From: Vezdaea acicularis
Lineage: Eukaryota
DNA length: 36,215 bases
Assembly: GCA_026025075.1 (NCBI GenBank)
Contig: JAPEUI010000146.1
Location: 1 to 36,215, forward strand
Direction: 5' to 3'
The translations under genes and the position numbers were made by a program. A model generated the notes under the pieces. It was given only the letters and a program-made list of their open reading frames with translations. It did not search any database and was not told where the DNA came from. This document shows, in pieces, positions 33,138-36,215 of the stretch (within the stretch, counting starts at the first letter, position 1; each line of letters opens with the position of its first letter).

Positions 33138-36058
33138 TTGTACGTGAACTGAGCATAACGTTGATGGACAAGACAAGAAAAAGGAACAGAGTGGAGATTA
33201 GACGCTTGGAGCGTTGTTCGAAACTTGGGGTCTGACGAAGCTGGATCGAGAGTAAGCACATATTCATGACAATGGCAAGATCGCGCATATAACTGAGAGA
33301 TGGAAGGAGATTCTTTACATTTCCAGTCCGGTAAGATTGATTGGAGGAGCTGGTCAAGATTAAAAAGTCTCTTGCACCCTACTAAACGACTAAAATGAAG
33401 GTAGTACAGGAGTGGAGAGTCATGAGAGTCATGAGAGTCATGAGGGTGTAGGACGGATGTCCGAATGAGTACAAGAAGGGGAGGAAAGGTGAAAGTCAAT
33501 TGATGAGAGGTTGGGATGGGGTGGATGCGATGGTCGCCTTATTATGTGAATAAGGCATGGCATCGGCCCAAAGCGGTATAGCAAGGCCAAACAACTCCAT
33601 CGAGGAGGCAGAAAACATGCGGGAGGTATGAGTCAACAGTGGTCACCTCGAAGATCGACCAGGGCCGCTGCAGCTGTTCACGAGGGCGTTCGGTGATGGA
33701 GTGCGAAGCGTCCGCGCTTGAGGGGACGAGAATCACGACCATCGCGCGCTCGTGAGGTTGAGGCGTCAACGTGGAGGCCGCGTCCTGTGGCCCCGTTGCC
33801 CCAGCCTAGGATCGGGCAGGTTGTGGAAGGTCGCAGACGCGGAGGGGGCCGACATCCAGCGGGTTTCAAGGGGGGCTGGGGAGGAGGCCAATGGCCGTGG
33901 CGATCGCTTTGCCCCGGCACGCCCACTATCGATAAGCGTCGCTTGCCGAAGCGGTCAACGAGCAGCATCGCCAATCAGTCGTGCAGACGCAGCAGCCATC
34001 ACACCACGCTGAGGAGATGGTCCGGAGTTTTGTAGCAGGGCATCGCGTTACGAACGGGCACCGGGCCCCCCCAGCCGTCTCTCGACGCGAATTAGTGAGA
34101 ACCGTGGACGCGAGACCCTTGATCGGCGGCGCGATCCGGCGCGTCTACCACGCCTACGACGTGAGGATAACGGCGTCTACCCGCGGATCTGCTGCTTGAT
34201 ACTGGACCTGCGTTTCCGCGAGTTTTCCTGACGCGATGATTGATTAGATAAGGTGGCGATTGCCGCGCGAGCCCAAGCAATTGGCTCTGTGAGCACGCGA
34301 ATGGCGTAATTCGACGCGACGAAAGGGACGGGGCTTTCATGGCCATTTCGTTCCCATTTCGTCGCATCAAATCTTCAAGATTTCCCTGAAGCTCCCATGC
34401 TTTTGATTAGAGAAAGGCACTCGTCTGTGTATCTTCCCGACACGCATCGCCGTCTCTGTGGGGCGTGGCCAGAGATATATGAGCTGTAGACGTGCAGGGT
34501 GACAAGGAAAGCTGACGCCAACGCGCTCCACGCTCGACATTCGCCCAGAGCCGCGCGGTGTCTGTTGAGGAGGCTTGTGTCTTCGCACGTGAAACGTTCA
34601 TGCTCTCCGTGAAACACTACTTGCACGTTTTGCGGCTAACCCATTCCGACCGCTATCCTCAAGGGTCCCTGCCAAGTAAATAAACCGGCACCGCTTTCCG
34701 CAGCTGTGACCTCGATACAGGAGTAGATTTGATGGGTTTTTGCCCTGGTGATTTATTATGTATTTTGGTATTTTTTTCCGTCCGATTATCAGATTGAACG
34801 AATGTCTGTTGGTTGAGCCGTGCTACATGTGGATTTGTGGTCGATGTCTGGCGAGAAATTGATCTCGAGAGACGTAATTGAAGCCTTGACATCACAATCA
34901 TTTCAGCACCAACCAATAAATCTACTTTAAACCTCTCAATGTAGGTCTCTCATAGCTAAAATCTCATCCAAATTATTCCCGATTACTCTATGGCTGTGAT
35001 TACGGCGTGACACGGCCGTAGAAGACGGCCGTTCGGAGAAGGGTCTCACGACGGTGGAATGAATGTCCGATACGAACGACAGTGGCTGATGGCATTGGTC
35101 CGCCGGCGATCCGGCCGCTAAGCGAAAGCCTAGCGAGCTGGCCAAGACATCAGATGGCTTTCCCGGCGTCCCGTACGACGCTGGGGGATTGCCTTATTAC
35201 AGGACGGTAAACGTGATGTTCGTACGTGGGAAATCGCATCTACGGCGGCTCGTGGACAGATATCTGGCGATGCACGAGCAATGATTATACTGTCGTGGAC
35301 ACTTTGCCTGCGCTGCATAGCCTTGCGCTTCTCGCACCGCTTGCGTCGGTTGGGCACCGACTATAATTTTCGCCAATTCTAGACCGCGGCCGATCTCCGC
35401 TGCTGAAGCTGGTGTGATGCCGAGACTGCTCAATCCATACTGTGAAGGCCACTGTCGATAGGAAGAATTATCGAGCCTTAGACAAATTGAAAAGATCCTA
35501 CGTGAGAGAAAATGGTATTCTGACGGTTCACCTCGGTGGAATTCTGGAATGAAATAGTGAGCTGGAGTCGTAAGCACCAGCTCATGTCCGTGGCGGAGCC
35601 TTCTCGCTCGCCTCGCCTCCACTAACGGCAGCCGGTTCCAGCAACGAGCGATCCCTTCTTTCAATCCCAGCTCAGAAATTCCTCAATAGCCTCAAACTTG
35701 CTCGTCCGGATATTTCCATCACCCCCATAATGTGCGCACCGCCATAGCTATAAGCCATTGTGCTGTTCCTCGACTGCGCAACGGCTAGAGGCTCGCATTG
35801 TCTGCAGTCACCCCCCCGTACGCGAAGGGCGCCAGTCCGCTTGTGGCAAATATCGCTTCCACGGTTCATCTCATCCGCCAGAAGTGGTACAGACGACGTT
35901 CGGAACCCGGGCTTGAGCTTCCATCCACGAGTCGCGGCCGTCAACCGATTCAGGAGGAAGGATCAGTACGCGAACTTTATGGAGCGACAGGAAGTCGGAG
36001 GAAGTCAGCTTCGTTCTACCTTCTCAGCGTCCTGAAGTCCTCGGGACGTCCTCACGAG

Positions 36059-36177
36059 ATGCGGATACCCATCCGAGAGCAGCTGGGGTTGCTGGTCCTG
36101 TTCACTTCGCTCATGGGCCTAGCTATCCTTGCAATCACAACCTGGGTTAATAACTACAACTTCGTGGTGGATATTCG
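36059..36177 (+). CDS. SLN1: First exon of Sln1/TcsB-type transmembrane hybrid histidine kinase (continues beyond the window)
   Basis: [40 protein letters not shown] followed by a GTGAGC donor at 36178; matches my recollection of the N-terminal TM1 of Pezizomycotina Sln1/TcsB. Kinase domains are not visible. Confidence 0.8.
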
Positions 36178-36215
36178 GTGAGCATGTCCCGGCTCTGTTC
36201 TATGTTCGTGCTAGA

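Overview
Eukaryotic genomic DNA from a filamentous ascomycete (Pezizomycotina-like: short GT-AG introns with CTRAY branch points, typical fungal gene families); the species cannot be determined from sequence alone. About 16 protein-coding genes were reconstructed by manual splicing: 3' part of Ras2/RasB, OST3/OST6, a coiled-coil AT-hook protein (Lrs4/Mde4 candidate), a 7-exon protein with a HeLo/SesA-like N-terminus and possible tandem PH-like folds, MRM2, a micro-exon-rich Ser/Thr-rich single-pass surface protein, a PTH11-like receptor, an uncertain orphan, NASP/Sim3, NAS2, Ran/GSP1, a small orphan, a peroxisomal SCP2 protein, an MCH-type MFS transporter, an F-box-like conserved protein and the first exon of the SLN1/TcsB histidine kinase. 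No transposon, CRISPR, tRNA, rRNA or secondary-metabolite cluster was recognised. This is mostly a housekeeping region and I see no clear novel multi-gene system. The best leads are the HeLo-like protein, the phase-2 micro-exon surface protein, cryptic spliced units in two intergenic gaps and a G-quadruplex-prone (GAGATGGG)16 array. All exon coordinates are hand-derived and unverified by RNA data.
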